Shown: piece by piece, positions 18,279-28,600 of the stretch | Layout: each line of letters opens with the position of its first letter | Position numbering within the stretch: position 1 is the first letter of the stretch | Origin: Ignavibacteria bacterium | GTDB taxonomy: Bacteria; Bacteroidota; Ignavibacteria; Ignavibacteriales; SURF-24 | Direction of reading: 5' to 3' | DNA length: 64,000 nucleotides | NCBI GenBank assembly: GCA_025612375.1 | Contig: JAAXKN010000010.1 | Coordinates: forward strand, 53,794 to 117,793 | Program-made: the position numbers and the translations under genes | The notes under the pieces: generated by a model | What the model saw: the letters and a program-made list of their open reading frames with translations, nothing else | Told to the model about the DNA's origin: nothing | The model's database searches: none

Positions 18279-19955
18279 ATGAAAGCCCGTTCAATTACTA
18301 TGCATCTGGCCATGCTGATGAGCTTGCTTGTAAGCCTCAGCCCATTTAATATTTTTGCACAATTTGAGGAGCCTGGTATGCTGAAAGAAAAGATACGGCA
18401 GTATGCCCCGTTTGAAATTAGATTCGATTCGAAACTGCTGAATGATAATGAGAAGATCTGCGTTGAAAAGCTCTTTGAGGCATCCCGCATAATAGACAGC
18501 ATCTTCCTTAAGCAGGTCTATAGCAAAAACACGGAGATTAAAAAGCTTCTTGAGAGTGATCCCTCGGAAAAAGCAAAGCTTACGCTCGAGTACTTTAATC
18601 TCAATATGGGTCCTTTTGACCGGCTGGACCACAACAAGCCTTTCTACGGCAGTGAGGAAAAGCCGCTTGGGGCTAATTTCTATCCTGCCGATATGACAAA
18701 GGAGGAGTTTCAGGACTGGATAACGAAACATCCTGAAGACAAAGATAAATTCACCTCCGAGTTCACAATAATACGCCGCGAGGGCCAAGACCTAGTTGCT
18801 GTCCCATATACCGAAGCTTACAAACAGGATCTTACGCGCGCAGCAACTTTACTTAAAGAGGCCTCAACGTACACCGGTAACGCATCGCTTAAAAAATACC
18901 TGGAACTGAGAGCCAAGGCATTTGAGACCAACGACTACTATGAAAGCGATATGGCGTGGATGGACCTTAAGGATAACACAATTGAATTTATTATAGGCCC
19001 ATATGAGGTCTATGAAGACGAGCTTTTTAACTACAAGGCGTCCTATGAAAGCTTTCTTACAATAAAAGATCCGGTTGAAAGTGAAAAGCTGGCAAAGTTC
19101 GGGAGCTACTTAAAAGCAATTGAAGAAAACCTTCCGCTCGAGGAAAAGTACAGGAATTCAAGCCGCGGACTTGAATCCCCTATCGTCGTTGTTCAGGAAG
19201 TCTATTCTGCAGGTGACACGAGAGCCGGGGTTCAGACACTGGCATTCAACCTGCCGAATGATGAAAGAGTCCGTGCAGCCAAAGGCTCAAAGAAGGTAAT
19301 GCTCAAGAATGTACACGAAGCCAAATTTGAAAAGCTCTTAATTCCTATTGCACAGATAGTGCTTGACCCATCGCAGATGAAATACGTTACTTTCGACGGG
19401 TTTTTCAGCCATACGCTCATGCACGAGATGTCGCACGGCGTAGGCCCCGGTTTTATTACCGTTAAGGGAGAGAAAACCGAGGTAAAGAAAGAACTTAAGG
19501 AAACCTACTCCAAGCTTGAAGAGTGCAAGGCCGACGTACTTGGGATGTACAACAATATTTTCATGATTGAAAAAGGTGTTTACCCCAAAGAATTCGCAAA
19601 TGAAACATACGTTACATTCCTTGCCGGCATTTTCCGCTCGGTACGTTTTGGCGTTAATGAAGCCCACGGCGCAGGAAATGCAATTATTTATAATTATCTG
19701 CTTGAAAATGGCGGATATGAATTCGATAGTAATACTGAAAAAGTGAAAGTAAATCTTGAAAAGATCTACCCTGCACTTAAGAGCCTTGCAGAGAAGATTC
19801 TTACTATTCAGGCAACCGGAGACTATGAGGCCTCAAAAGCCCTTATTGCCAGGTATGCAGTTAATTCACCCACAATGGACAAACTGCGTTCCAAGCTTCA
19901 GTCGCTTCCGGTAGACATCAGGCCTGTGTTTCAGATTGAAGAGCACATGAAATAG
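18279..19955 (+). CDS. exported M49 (dipeptidyl-peptidase III)-like zinc peptidase with pentapeptide HEXXH motif
   Basis: HEMSHG and EECKAD zinc-binding motifs. N-terminal signal peptide. AAGGAG RBS upstream. Confidence 0.75.
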   Translation: MKARSITMHLAMLMSLLVSLSPFNIFAQFEEPGMLKEKIRQYAPFEIRFDSKLLNDNEKICVEKLFEASRIIDSIFLKQVYSKNTEIKKLLESDPSEKAKLTLEYFNLNMGPFDRLDHNKPFYGSEEKPLGANFYPADMTKEEFQDWITKHPEDKDKFTSEFTIIRREGQDLVAVPYTEAYKQDLTRAATLLKEASTYTGNASLKKYLELRAKAFETNDYYESDMAWMDLKDNTIEFIIGPYEVYEDELFNYKASYESFLTIKDPVESEKLAKFGSYLKAIEENLPLEEKYRNSSRGLESPIVVVQEVYSAGDTRAGVQTLAFNLPNDERVRAAKGSKKVMLKNVHEAKFEKLLIPIAQIVLDPSQMKYVTFDGFFSHTLMHEMSHGVGPGFITVKGEKTEVKKELKETYSKLEECKADVLGMYNNIFMIEKGVYPKEFANETYVTFLAGIFRSVRFGVNEAHGAGNAIIYNYLLENGGYEFDSNTEKVKVNLEKIYPALKSLAEKILTIQATGDYEASKALIARYAVNSPTMDKLRSKLQSLPVDIRPVFQIEEHMK

Positions 19956-20001
19956 TGCCTTCTATTTCAGAGTAAATGTCAGTCAAATTCTGTTTTATTA
20001 T

Positions 20002-20043
20002 CAGGCGCACTATTCTTAATTCCCGGGTGTGCCTGTTTTTTTG
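20002..20043 (+). terminator. intrinsic terminator of the M49 peptidase gene
   Basis: CAGGCGCAC (20002..20010) pairs with GTGTGCCTG (20027..20035) with one mismatch. Followed by a T8 run. Confidence 0.75.
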
Positions 20044-20067
20044 TTCAATTTATCAAATCAGGAAGCC

Positions 20068-23000
20068 ATGCAAAAAAGATATCTGTTTAATTTACTCATT
20101 ATCCTGAGTCTAATTCTTACGGCCTGTTCATCCTCCAGAGTTGAAAAGGAAACTAAAAAAGAAGAAAAGACCGCCCCTGTTAAAACAATTAAAACCAATA
20201 TAAGGGACTTTCTGGCTGAAATGCGGAAAACCCGGCAGCCGATATCACTCCCCTATGGAGCAAGGGTTGATACCGTAATCAGCGATTCCGTCAGGAAAAA
20301 CGTTACAGTAGTTTTTAATAAGACTTTGGAAGAAACCCCCTTCCGAACCGATAATGTAAAAGCCTTCAGCAATGCCCTGAAGGAGGCTGCGGGAAGCATC
20401 TATAAGAATTATACATTTACAGTAAAAAGCGGCGACAAAACGCTTGAAGACCTGATCCCGAACTTTTACAGGGAAAAAGGCAATTACGATCAGTCGAGGC
20501 TGGCAAAGCAAACCGTGCGCCCATTGCCTGTAGTTCAGAACACAAGCAGGCCTTATGCAATTGAATCGGGGCTTAACGACAGGAACATTGTCCTCTGGCA
20601 GAGCCACGGCTGGTATTATAACAATACTCTGGACAGGTGGGAATGGCAGCGCCCGAGGCTTTTCGAGAGCGTGGAAGACAAGGTTCCACTTTCATTTACA
20701 ATACCGTACCTGATCCCGATGCTGGAAAATGCGGGTGCAAATGTCTTTGTCCCGAGAGAAAGAGATATTCAGACAAACGAGGTTGTAGTCGATAATGACA
20801 CAAAGGCAAGCAAAAAGTACTATACTGAGACAGCCCGGGGCAAAAAGCTCAAATGGGCTACATCCGGAACTCCGGGATTTGCATATGGAAATCCCCCTTA
20901 CCCGGAAAACTTCAACCCCTTCCTGCAGGGTACTTCACGTTACGTGGCCGTGGACACGGCTTTGACGGCCGAAGCAAGCTGGATTCCGGAGGTTCCGGAA
21001 GAAGGATACTACGGCGTTTACATTTCATATATGGGCTCAAAGGATAATGCCCAGGACGCCCTTTATTCCGTCTATCACTCGGGCATAAGAACAGATTTCC
21101 ATGTAAACCAGAAAATAGGCGGAGGCACATGGATTTATCTGGGCAAATTCAAGTTTGAAAAGGGCTTTAACCCGAACACCAACAAGGTAACACTTGTAAA
21201 TCAGTCACACGATAAAACGGCAAAATTCGTTTCTGCCGACGCGGTCCGCTTTGGCGGAGGCATGGGAATAGTAAGCCGTAACGGCAGGACCTCGGGCCGC
21301 CCAAAATATCTTGAAGGAAGCCGCTACTGGCTGCAGTACGCAGGAATGCCGGACACACTGGTCTACAGCCTGAATAAAAATAAAAACGATTATAACGACG
21401 ACTATCAGAGCCGCGGCGAATATGCTAATTACTTAAAAGGCGCTCCCTTCGGACCCAACAGGAACAGGAATGAAAAAGGCCTGGGTATTCCAATCGACCT
21501 TTCAATGGCTTTCCATACAGATGCCGGCATTACAACAAATGACACAACCATAGGCACACTTACAATCTACAGCACAGAAGCCGCAGATGAACGCACCGTA
21601 TTTGCCGACGGGGTCTCACGCATGGCAAACCGCGATCTGGCGGACATCATACAGACACAGGTAGTTCAGGATTTAAGGGCCAAGGAAGACCCGGCATGGA
21701 ACCGCAGGCAGATTAAGGACTCACAGTACAGCGAATCCTACAGGCCGAACATGCCTTCAGTACTCATTGAGCTCCTTTCACACCAGAATCTTCTGGACAT
21801 GAAATATTTCCTCGACCCGAGGTTCCGCTTTGACGTGGCAAGAGCTATGTATAAGGGAATGCTGAAATTCCTTGCTACACAGTATAACAGGCCGTATACC
21901 GTTCAGCCGCTTCCTGTAGACCATTTTCAGGCTTTGCTGGACAATCAGGGTAACGCGGTCTTAAAATGGCACGGTGTAACGGACACTCTTGAAACAACTG
22001 CAAAACCGGACCACTACATTGTTTATACAAGAATGGACGGAGGCGACTTTGATAACGGTCAGGTTACTAAAGATGCGCAGTTTGTTATTGAAGGCCTCAA
22101 GGCAGGCGTTATTTACAGCTTTAAGATTGCAGCAGTTAATGATGGAGGCGAAAGCTTCCCTTCTGAAATTCTTTCAGTATGCCGCATGAACAACAGCAAG
22201 GCGCCTGTACTCATTGTAAACGGGTTCGACAGAATAAGCGGCCCTGCAACAATTGAAACACCGGGATTTGCAGGCTTTGCCAATTTCATCGATGCCGGGG
22301 TTCCGGATAAGTACGACATCAGCTTCAGCGGTACGCAGTACGACTTTACTCCTTCTTCACAGTTTATTTCAAATGATGCCCCGGGTCACGGTGCTAGCCA
22401 TGCCGACTATGAAACAAAGGTAATTGCAGGCAATTCATTTGACTACCCTTACGTACACGGCAAATCAATCCGCGAGGCCGGATATTCATTTTCCTCGGCA
22501 AGCAACGAAGCCGTATGGGATAACGAAGTAAATATGAACAGTTACAAATTTACAGATCTTATTCTGGGCGAGGAAAAAGAAACACCGTGGCAGAAGGCGG
22601 TAGTGGATTCCTTAAGAGGCAGACAGTTTAAGACTTTCCCACCTGCACTCCAGAAAGCCGTAACAGAATACCTCAAGGCAGGAGGCAGCATGTTTATCTC
22701 GGGCTCATATATTGGAAGTGATCTTTGCCTGAACAAAGCAAAAGACGATCCCGATGTTCTGTTTGCAAAAAAAGTGCTAAAATTCACGCTGGATACAGAT
22801 CATGCCTCACATAATGGTGAAGTTTTTACGTCTCCTTCTTCAGTTGTTTCACTTCCTGAAAACTTCACGTTTAACACTGAACTAAGCTCTACAATGTATG
22901 CCGTTGAGGCTCCGGACGCCTTAAGCGCTGCAGGAGGCTCGGAAACCGTACTGCGCTACTGGGAGAACAGCTTCCCTGCCGGACTGGCTTACAAGAAGGA

Positions 23001-23103
23001 GTACAGGCTTGTGCTTTTCGGATTTCCATTCGAATCGGTTAAAAATGAAAATGAAAGAAACAGCATCATGTCTGGAATCTTAAATTACCTCGGTTCAAAA
23101 TAA
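20068..23103 (+). CDS. large lipoprotein of unknown function: MurNAc-LAA/amidase-like core + fibronectin type III domain
   Basis: Start moved to ATG 20068 (RBS AGGAAG; lipobox LILTAC). FHTDAG and IELLSHQN resemble the Zn-amidase fold. FN3-like segment (LKWHGV...YIVYTR...YSFKIAAVNDGGES). Confidence 0.8.
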   Translation: MQKRYLFNLLIILSLILTACSSSRVEKETKKEEKTAPVKTIKTNIRDFLAEMRKTRQPISLPYGARVDTVISDSVRKNVTVVFNKTLEETPFRTDNVKAFSNALKEAAGSIYKNYTFTVKSGDKTLEDLIPNFYREKGNYDQSRLAKQTVRPLPVVQNTSRPYAIESGLNDRNIVLWQSHGWYYNNTLDRWEWQRPRLFESVEDKVPLSFTIPYLIPMLENAGANVFVPRERDIQTNEVVVDNDTKASKKYYTETARGKKLKWATSGTPGFAYGNPPYPENFNPFLQGTSRYVAVDTALTAEASWIPEVPEEGYYGVYISYMGSKDNAQDALYSVYHSGIRTDFHVNQKIGGGTWIYLGKFKFEKGFNPNTNKVTLVNQSHDKTAKFVSADAVRFGGGMGIVSRNGRTSGRPKYLEGSRYWLQYAGMPDTLVYSLNKNKNDYNDDYQSRGEYANYLKGAPFGPNRNRNEKGLGIPIDLSMAFHTDAGITTNDTTIGTLTIYSTEAADERTVFADGVSRMANRDLADIIQTQVVQDLRAKEDPAWNRRQIKDSQYSESYRPNMPSVLIELLSHQNLLDMKYFLDPRFRFDVARAMYKGMLKFLATQYNRPYTVQPLPVDHFQALLDNQGNAVLKWHGVTDTLETTAKPDHYIVYTRMDGGDFDNGQVTKDAQFVIEGLKAGVIYSFKIAAVNDGGESFPSEILSVCRMNNSKAPVLIVNGFDRISGPATIETPGFAGFANFIDAGVPDKYDISFSGTQYDFTPSSQFISNDAPGHGASHADYETKVIAGNSFDYPYVHGKSIREAGYSFSSASNEAVWDNEVNMNSYKFTDLILGEEKETPWQKAVVDSLRGRQFKTFPPALQKAVTEYLKAGGSMFISGSYIGSDLCLNKAKDDPDVLFAKKVLKFTLDTDHASHNGEVFTSPSSVVSLPENFTFNTELSSTMYAVEAPDALSAAGGSETVLRYWENSFPAGLAYKKEYRLVLFGFPFESVKNENERNSIMSGILNYLGSK

Positions 23104-23115
23104 CTGATTTCTATT

Positions 23116-23137
23116 GGGGCGCGCGGCGTCGCGCCCT
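23116..23137 (+). terminator. GC-rich stem-loop after the lipoprotein gene (no U-tract)
   Basis: GGGCGCG (23117..23123) pairs with CGCGCCC (23130..23136). 6-nt loop. Confidence 0.4.
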
Positions 23138-23220
23138 GATGAAAAATGAAATTTAAATATACTGAAATGAAATAATATCTTGAAAAAAAGCGTTTTTTAG
23201 ATTAACTTTGTAGTCTCAAA

Positions 23221-23306
23221 GCCGAAGTGGCGAAATTGGTAGACGCGCTGGACTCAAAATCCAGTCTGGCTCACCCCAGGTGCCGGTTCGAGTCCGGCCT
23301 TCGGTA
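23221..23306 (+). tRNA. tRNA-Leu (anticodon CAA), type II with long variable arm
   Basis: Acceptor GCCGAAG/CTTCGGT. Anticodon loop CTCAAAA. T-arm GCCGG-TTCGAGT-CCGGC. Closely resembles E. coli tRNA-Leu. CCA not encoded. Confidence 0.95.
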
Positions 23307-23310
23307 CTTT

Positions 23311-23347
23311 AAGGGCTGTCTTTAAAAAGGCGGCCCTTTTATGTTTT
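23311..23347 (+). terminator. intrinsic terminator after tRNA-Leu
   Basis: AAGGGC (23311..23316) pairs with GCCCTT (23333..23338). Followed by a T-rich tract. Confidence 0.55.
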
Positions 23348-23477
23348 AAAGCGTAGCGACACATTCTTCTCAGACTCTCAGGAAGAGGATTTTCACAGGC
23401 GGCCTGGGAGTTGACTACGTGCCTCAGAATTTTGCCATACAGATCTTCTTCGTCTTTTAAGTAAGTCTATTACTTTC

Positions 23478-23503
23478 CAGGGCTGCAGAAGATTGCAGCC
23501 CTG
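23478..23503. promoter_or_regulatory. perfect 10-bp inverted repeat upstream of the pirin gene
   Basis: CAGGGCTGCA-gaagat-TGCAGCCCTG. No flanking U-tract on either strand. Confidence 0.4.
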
Positions 23504-23599
23504 AAACATATTCCTTCCGGCTGTTTTATGCAACCCTCCATTTCCCTTTTTCCCGGCCTCAAATTATATTACATATTTATAAAAGCCGGAGATAAAAAA

Positions 23600-24451
23600 A
23601 TGAGGACAATAAAAGAAATCCATAATGCAGAATACTCTCTCGTTGGGGATCTAATAACCTATTCTCCCCTTCCGTCGGACACAGTAGATATGATAGATCC
23701 TTTTCTTCTTCTTAACCATCACGGGCCGCAGACCTACAAGGCAAATAACCGCGGAATGCCCTTCGGGCCTCATCCGCACCGGGGTATGGAAACTGTTACA
23801 TTTATTCTTGAGGGCGATATACTCCACAAAGACAGCCACGGGCACGAAAGCATAATTAAGGCCGGGGGAATCCAGTGGATGACTGCGGGCCGGGGGCTCA
23901 TTCATGCGGAGGTGTCCTCCGACGAGTTCAAGCGCGAGGGAGGAAAACTTGAGATACTTCAGCTGTGGATAAACCTTCCGTCCAAAAATAAAATGACAGA
24001 GCCTAAGTATTATGGTTTCCAGAAAGATGAAATACCTTCTGTAAAGACAGATGAGGGAAAAGTAAGGATTAACGTGATTTCAGGATCGTGGGGTGACACA
24101 AATGGGGTACATAATCCGATTACCCCTATATCACTGTATACAATAGAATTTCAGTCCGGAGGGGAACTAAAGGCCAGAGTGCCTAAGGATGAAAACATAT
24201 TTTTATACATCGTACGGGGCGCACTTAAGATTAACAGCCAGGACACCGAAGAAAAGCAGCTCATTGAATTTAATAATGACTCTGAGGAAATACGCATGAC
24301 AGCTGTTACCGGAAGCTGCATAATTTTCGGTCATGCAAGGCCAATTAGCGAGCCCGTTGTTGCCCACGGCCCATTTGTAATGAACACAATGGAAGAGATA
24401 CGCCAGGCGTACGATGACTACCAATCGGGAAAGTTCGGTGTATTCAAATAA
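23600..24451 (+). CDS. pirin-family protein (bicupin; quercetinase-like)
   Basis: HPHRGMETVTFILEG cupin metal motif. Start moved from 23528 to ATG 23600 (GGAG RBS, MRTIKE), which fits typical pirin length. Confidence 0.9.
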   Translation: MRTIKEIHNAEYSLVGDLITYSPLPSDTVDMIDPFLLLNHHGPQTYKANNRGMPFGPHPHRGMETVTFILEGDILHKDSHGHESIIKAGGIQWMTAGRGLIHAEVSSDEFKREGGKLEILQLWINLPSKNKMTEPKYYGFQKDEIPSVKTDEGKVRINVISGSWGDTNGVHNPITPISLYTIEFQSGGELKARVPKDENIFLYIVRGALKINSQDTEEKQLIEFNNDSEEIRMTAVTGSCIIFGHARPISEPVVAHGPFVMNTMEEIRQAYDDYQSGKFGVFK

Positions 24452-24453
24452 AA

Positions 24454-24482
24454 AAAGGCTGCCTTCGTGACGGGCAGCCTTT
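24454..24482. terminator. bidirectional intrinsic terminator between convergent pirin and DHOD-like genes
   Basis: AAAGGCTGCC (24454..24463) pairs perfectly with GGCAGCCTTT (24473..24482). A-run upstream, T-rich downstream. Confidence 0.8.
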
Positions 24483-24501
24483 ATATGTTTCATTTGTTTT
24501 T

Positions 24502-25500
24502 TTAGAGTAAGGGTCTGTAGCTCTGGAGTGTCTTCATGTAGTTGGCACGCTCGAAAGCCGCAGGTTCTTTAACTGCTTTCTGGCTCATGCTTCCCTTCAT
24601 CTGTTCGACTGAAGAATATTCCTTCTCTTCCATCCAGCGCTTCATACCATCGAGCATTTGAGTAATTCTTGCAGGTCCGTGCCTTAAGAGCTCTGAACAT
24701 ACCATGGTTACGTCTCCGCCTGCCATCATAACCTTAATTACGTCTTCATAATCGTGCACGCCGCTTGTAGCTGCCATAGAGGCCTTGATCTTTCCGTAAA
24801 GGATTGAAATCCACCTTAAGGGCAGCCTCAGCTCCCATGGAGAACTGAGTGAAAGGTTCGGCACCACTTCCAGATTATCCAGGTCGAAATCGGGCTGATA
24901 GAAGCGGTTGAACATTACAAGCGCGTCTGCACCCGCATTGTCCAGCTTTTGGGCCACATTGGCCATTGAAGAAAAATAGGGACTTAACTTAACTGCAACC
25001 GGAATTTTAACATTTTCTTTTACGGCTTGAAGATTGTTCAAATACATCTGTTCAATCTGCGAGCCCGGGAGAACAGGATCTGTAGGAATGTAATAAACAT
25101 TCAGTTCAAGCGCGTCTGCGCCCGCTTCCTCAATGTTTTTTGCATATTTCATCCATCCGCCAACGCTGACGCCGTTAAGGCTTCCGATTATTGGGATGTC
25201 AACAGCAGCTTTCAGCTTCTGGATGTGGCTGCAGTATTCCTCAGGTCCGAGCTTAAAGGATGATTGTGCCGGGAAATAACTTAAAGCCTCGGCGTGAGTA
25301 TCACTTGCCTGTGTCAGGAAAAAATCCAGGGCTTTTTCTTCATATGAGATCTGTTCTTCAAATAAGGAATAAACGACAACTGCGCTTGCGCCTGCATCCT
25401 CGAGAGCTTTAACGCTATTTACTGATTCCGAAAGAGGAGAAGCTGAAGGGACAATCGGGTTTTTTAGTTTTAACCCCATGTAGGTAGTTGTTAAGTCCAT
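24502..25500 (-). CDS. dihydroorotate-dehydrogenase-like TIM-barrel flavoprotein (not a canonical PyrD)
   Basis: 332 aa. DHOD class-1-like pattern ([20 protein letters not shown]). The segment aligned to the catalytic SCPN loop reads VYYIPT. Confidence 0.8.
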   Translation of the reverse strand: MDLTTTYMGLKLKNPIVPSASPLSESVNSVKALEDAGASAVVVYSLFEEQISYEEKALDFFLTQASDTHAEALSYFPAQSSFKLGPEEYCSHIQKLKAAVDIPIIGSLNGVSVGGWMKYAKNIEEAGADALELNVYYIPTDPVLPGSQIEQMYLNNLQAVKENVKIPVAVKLSPYFSSMANVAQKLDNAGADALVMFNRFYQPDFDLDNLEVVPNLSLSSPWELRLPLRWISILYGKIKASMAATSGVHDYEDVIKVMMAGGDVTMVCSELLRHGPARITQMLDGMKRWMEEKEYSSVEQMKGSMSQKAVKEPAAFERANYMKTLQSYRPLL

Positions 25501-25561
25501 CTTAATCTCGTTTTTAATTTTACAATATCGTTGTTATGTCTATAGTTTACATCATAGCTTC

Positions 25562-25593
25562 GGGAAATGCAAGCTTTTTCGCCTGCATTTCCC
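25562..25593 (-). promoter_or_regulatory. 13-bp intercistronic stem-loop between PFOR and the DHOD-like gene
   Basis: GGGAAATGCAAGC (25562..25574) is complementary to GCCTGCATTTCCC (25581..25593) with one mismatch. 6-nt loop. No U-tract on the transcribed strand. Confidence 0.5.
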
Positions 25594-25639
25594 AAAAACT
25601 ATTATCATAATTCAATCAGTCTTACCAAAGCCTTCTTAA

Positions 25640-28600
25640 TTAAGCTTTAGTTTCAGCTTTAACTTCAGGCTTGGCTTCGCCGTTGCCTGTTGAAGAGGCC
25701 AGCTGTTCGTAGTATCTCCACTTCTTTTCAACTTCGGCCTGAGCAAGAGCAAGAAGTCTCTTTGACTCTTCCGGATTTGATTTCTTGAGCATTGTGTATC
25801 TGGTCTCTTTGTAAGCATACTCTTCAACCTTGATCTTCGGAGCCTTGGAATCGATCTTAAGAGGATTCTTTCCTTCGGCTGCCAGCTCTGGGTTGTATCT
25901 GAAGAGCGGCCAGTGACCCGATTCAACAGCAGCTTTCTGGCTGTCGAGGCCTTTTGCCATATCGATACCGTGAGCGATACAGTGGCTGTAGGCAATGATC
26001 AGCGAAGGACCATCGTAAGCTTCAGCTTCCTGGAAGGCTCTGATTGTCTGCAGGTCATTTGCACCCATTGCAACCTTTGCAACATAAACGTTGCCATAGC
26101 TCATAGCCATCAGTGCCAGGTCTTTCTTTGCTGTCGGCTTTCCGCCTGCGGCAAACTTGGCAACTGCACCAAGAGAGGTTGATTTGGACATCTGTCCGCC
26201 TGTATTTGAATAAACTTCTGTATCAAGAACAAGCACGTTTACGTTCTTGCCGCTGGCAAGCACGTGATCAAGACCGCCGTAACCGATGTCATAAGCCCAT
26301 CCGTCACCGCCCATGATCCAAACGGATTTCTTAACCAGATAGTCAGCCAGTGACAAGAGGTCTTCAGCCTCAGGAGTTTTGATTGACTTCAAAACTTCCT
26401 TCAGTTTTGCAACTCTTTCTCTCTGGTCGTAAATGCCTGTTTCATCTTTCTGATCGGCATTCAGTAGTGCATCGGCAAATTCATTTCCGATCTGTTCTTT
26501 CAGTCTTACAACGAGTTCCGTGGCATACTGTGTATGTTTGTCAACTGCCAGTTTCATACCAAGACCGAATTCAGCGTTGTCCTCAAAGAGTGAGTTGGCC
26601 CATGCGGGACCGCGTCCTTCTTTGTTCTTTGCCCACGGAGTTGTAGGCAGGTTACCGCCGTAGATTGAAGAACAGCCTGTAGCGTTGGCAACAACCATTC
26701 TGTCGCCAAAGAGCTGTGAGGTCAGCTTTACATACGGGGTTTCGCCGCAGCCTGTGCAGGCGCCCGAGAACTCAAAGAGAGGCTGTAAGAGCTGGCATCC
26801 CTTAACTGTATTTAAGGCAGCTTTTCTTCTGTCAAATTCAGGCAGGTTAACAAAGAATTCCCAGTTCTTGCTTTCTGTTTCTCTTAACGGAAGCTGGTCG
26901 GCCATGTTGAGAGCCTTCAGCTTTACTTCTGTCTTGTTCTTTACAGGGCAGACTTCATAGCAGAGCTGGCATCCTGTACAGTCTTCAACTGAAACCTGGA
27001 TGGTGTAAGCTGAGTTTGCGGGATATTCTTTTCCCTTGGCTTCCATGTGCTTGAATGTTGCAGGAGCATCCTTAAGGAGTTCTGCATCATAAACCTTGGT
27101 TCTGATTGCAGCATGCGGGCAGACCATAGCGCACTTGCCGCACTGAATACAGATTGATTCGTCCCAAACAGGAACGTCAAGAGCAATATTTCTCTTTTCC
27201 CACTGGGTTGTGCCGGTCGGGAATGTTCCGTCAACTGGCATTTCGCTAACCTTAATCTCGTCGCCGTTTCCTTCCATGATCTTTGCAAGAACCGTCTTTA
27301 CATAGTCAGGAGCTTTTTCGGAAACTGTCGGCGGAAGTGCGATCTGGCTTTCTGCCTGGGCAGGAACATCAATCTTGTAAAGGTGAGCCAGTGTCTGGTC
27401 AACGGCTTCAAAGTTCTTCTTTACAATCTCATCACCCTTCTTGCCGTAAGTCTTCTTGATTGACTTTTTGATCTGCTCGATAGCTTCATCTTTTGGAAGA
27501 ACGCCTGAAATGGCGAAGAAGCATGTCTGCATGATAGTGTTGATTCTGGTACCCATACCGGTTTTCTTGGCAACGTCGTAACCGTCAATTACGTAGAAGT
27601 TCAGCTTCTTGGCAATTATCTGTTCCTGAACTGTCTTAGGCAGTTTGCTCCATACGGTTTCTTTTGAATATGGGCTGTTTAAGAGAAGTGTGCCATTGGG
27701 CTCGATGTTCTTAAGAATGTCAAATTTCTCGAGGAAATTGAACTGGTGAACGCCGATAAAGGTAGCTTTCTGAACGAGGTAGCTTGATTTGATCGGCTTT
27801 TTACCAAATCTCAGGTGAGAAACTGTTGTTGAACCTGATTTCTTTGAATCGTATACGAAATAGCCCTGTGCATAGTTGTCTGTTTCTTCACCAATGATCT
27901 TAATGGTGTTCTTGTTTGCGCCAACTGTACCATCGGCACCCAGGCCGTAGAAGAGTGCGCGGTGAACTTCCTTACCTTCTGTGGTGAAGGAGGGATCGAA
28001 TTCAAGGCTTGTGAATGTAACGTCATCGTTGATGCCAACGGTGAAGTGGTTCTTTGGACTGTCTTTCTTCAGTTCGTCGTAAACTGCCTTAACCATTGCC
28101 GGTGTGAATTCCTTTGAAGAAAGTCCGTATCTGCCGCCAACGATCTTGGGGCTTTTTGCAAACGGTGCATTTTCTGAAGCCATGGCTTCAGCAACTGCAG
28201 TTACTACGTCCTGATATAAAGGTTCGCCAATGCTGCCCGGTTCTTTTGTTCTGTCGAGAACTGCAATCTTTTCAACTGTTTTCGGAAGTGCCGCCAGGAA
28301 GTTTTTGACTGAGAAAGGTCTGAAAAGTCTGACTTTCAGGACACCGATCTTTTCCTCGCCCTTTGAAGAAAGGTATTCAACTGTTTCTTCAACAGCTTCG
28401 GCGCCTGAACCCATAATAACAATTACTCTTGTTGCATCTGCTGCACCGTAGTAATCGAAGAGGTTGTACTGTCTGCCTGTCAGTGAAGCAAATTTATCCA
28501 TTGCTTTCTGAACGAATTCGGGGCAGGCATCATAAAACTTGTTGACTGTTTCCCTTCCCTGGAAGTAAACGTCAGGGTTCTGGGCTGTACCTCTTAAGAC

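Noticed and set aside
18291-18788. A 165-aa minus-strand ORF antisense to the 5' part of the M49 peptidase gene.
   Set aside because: This is a shadow ORF. The plus-strand frame has an RBS, a signal peptide and both zinc motifs, and the antisense product has no recognisable features.
20029-20067. The GTG start proposed by the ORF track for the large lipoprotein gene.
   Set aside because: The GTG lies inside the 3' arm of the upstream gene's terminator hairpin (20002..20043). ATG 20068 has an AGGAAG RBS and gives a canonical lipoprotein signal peptide.
23528-23599. An upstream ATG start for the pirin gene. The analogous case is the GTG start at 61836 for the OMP gene.
   Set aside because: The extensions encode hydrophobic, non-conserved-looking peptides and lack an RBS. 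The internal ATGs (23600, 61950) have GGAG/GGAGG RBSs and give a normal pirin N-terminus and a normal signal peptide.
23221-23600. tRNA-Leu as a possible integration hotspot or genomic-island border. The same question applies to the tRNA-Leu at 63398..63481.
   Set aside because: I found no integrase, no direct repeat of the tRNA 3' end and no mobile-element genes on either side. Flanking genes are ordinary housekeeping or metabolic genes.
25636-25995. A 119-aa alternative-frame ORF ending in KLKLKLKLN, at the 3' end of nifJ.
   Set aside because: The repeat is an out-of-frame reading of the Lys/Glu/Ala-rich C-terminal tail of PFOR (AKPEVKAETKA). The PFOR frame is continuous and conserved.
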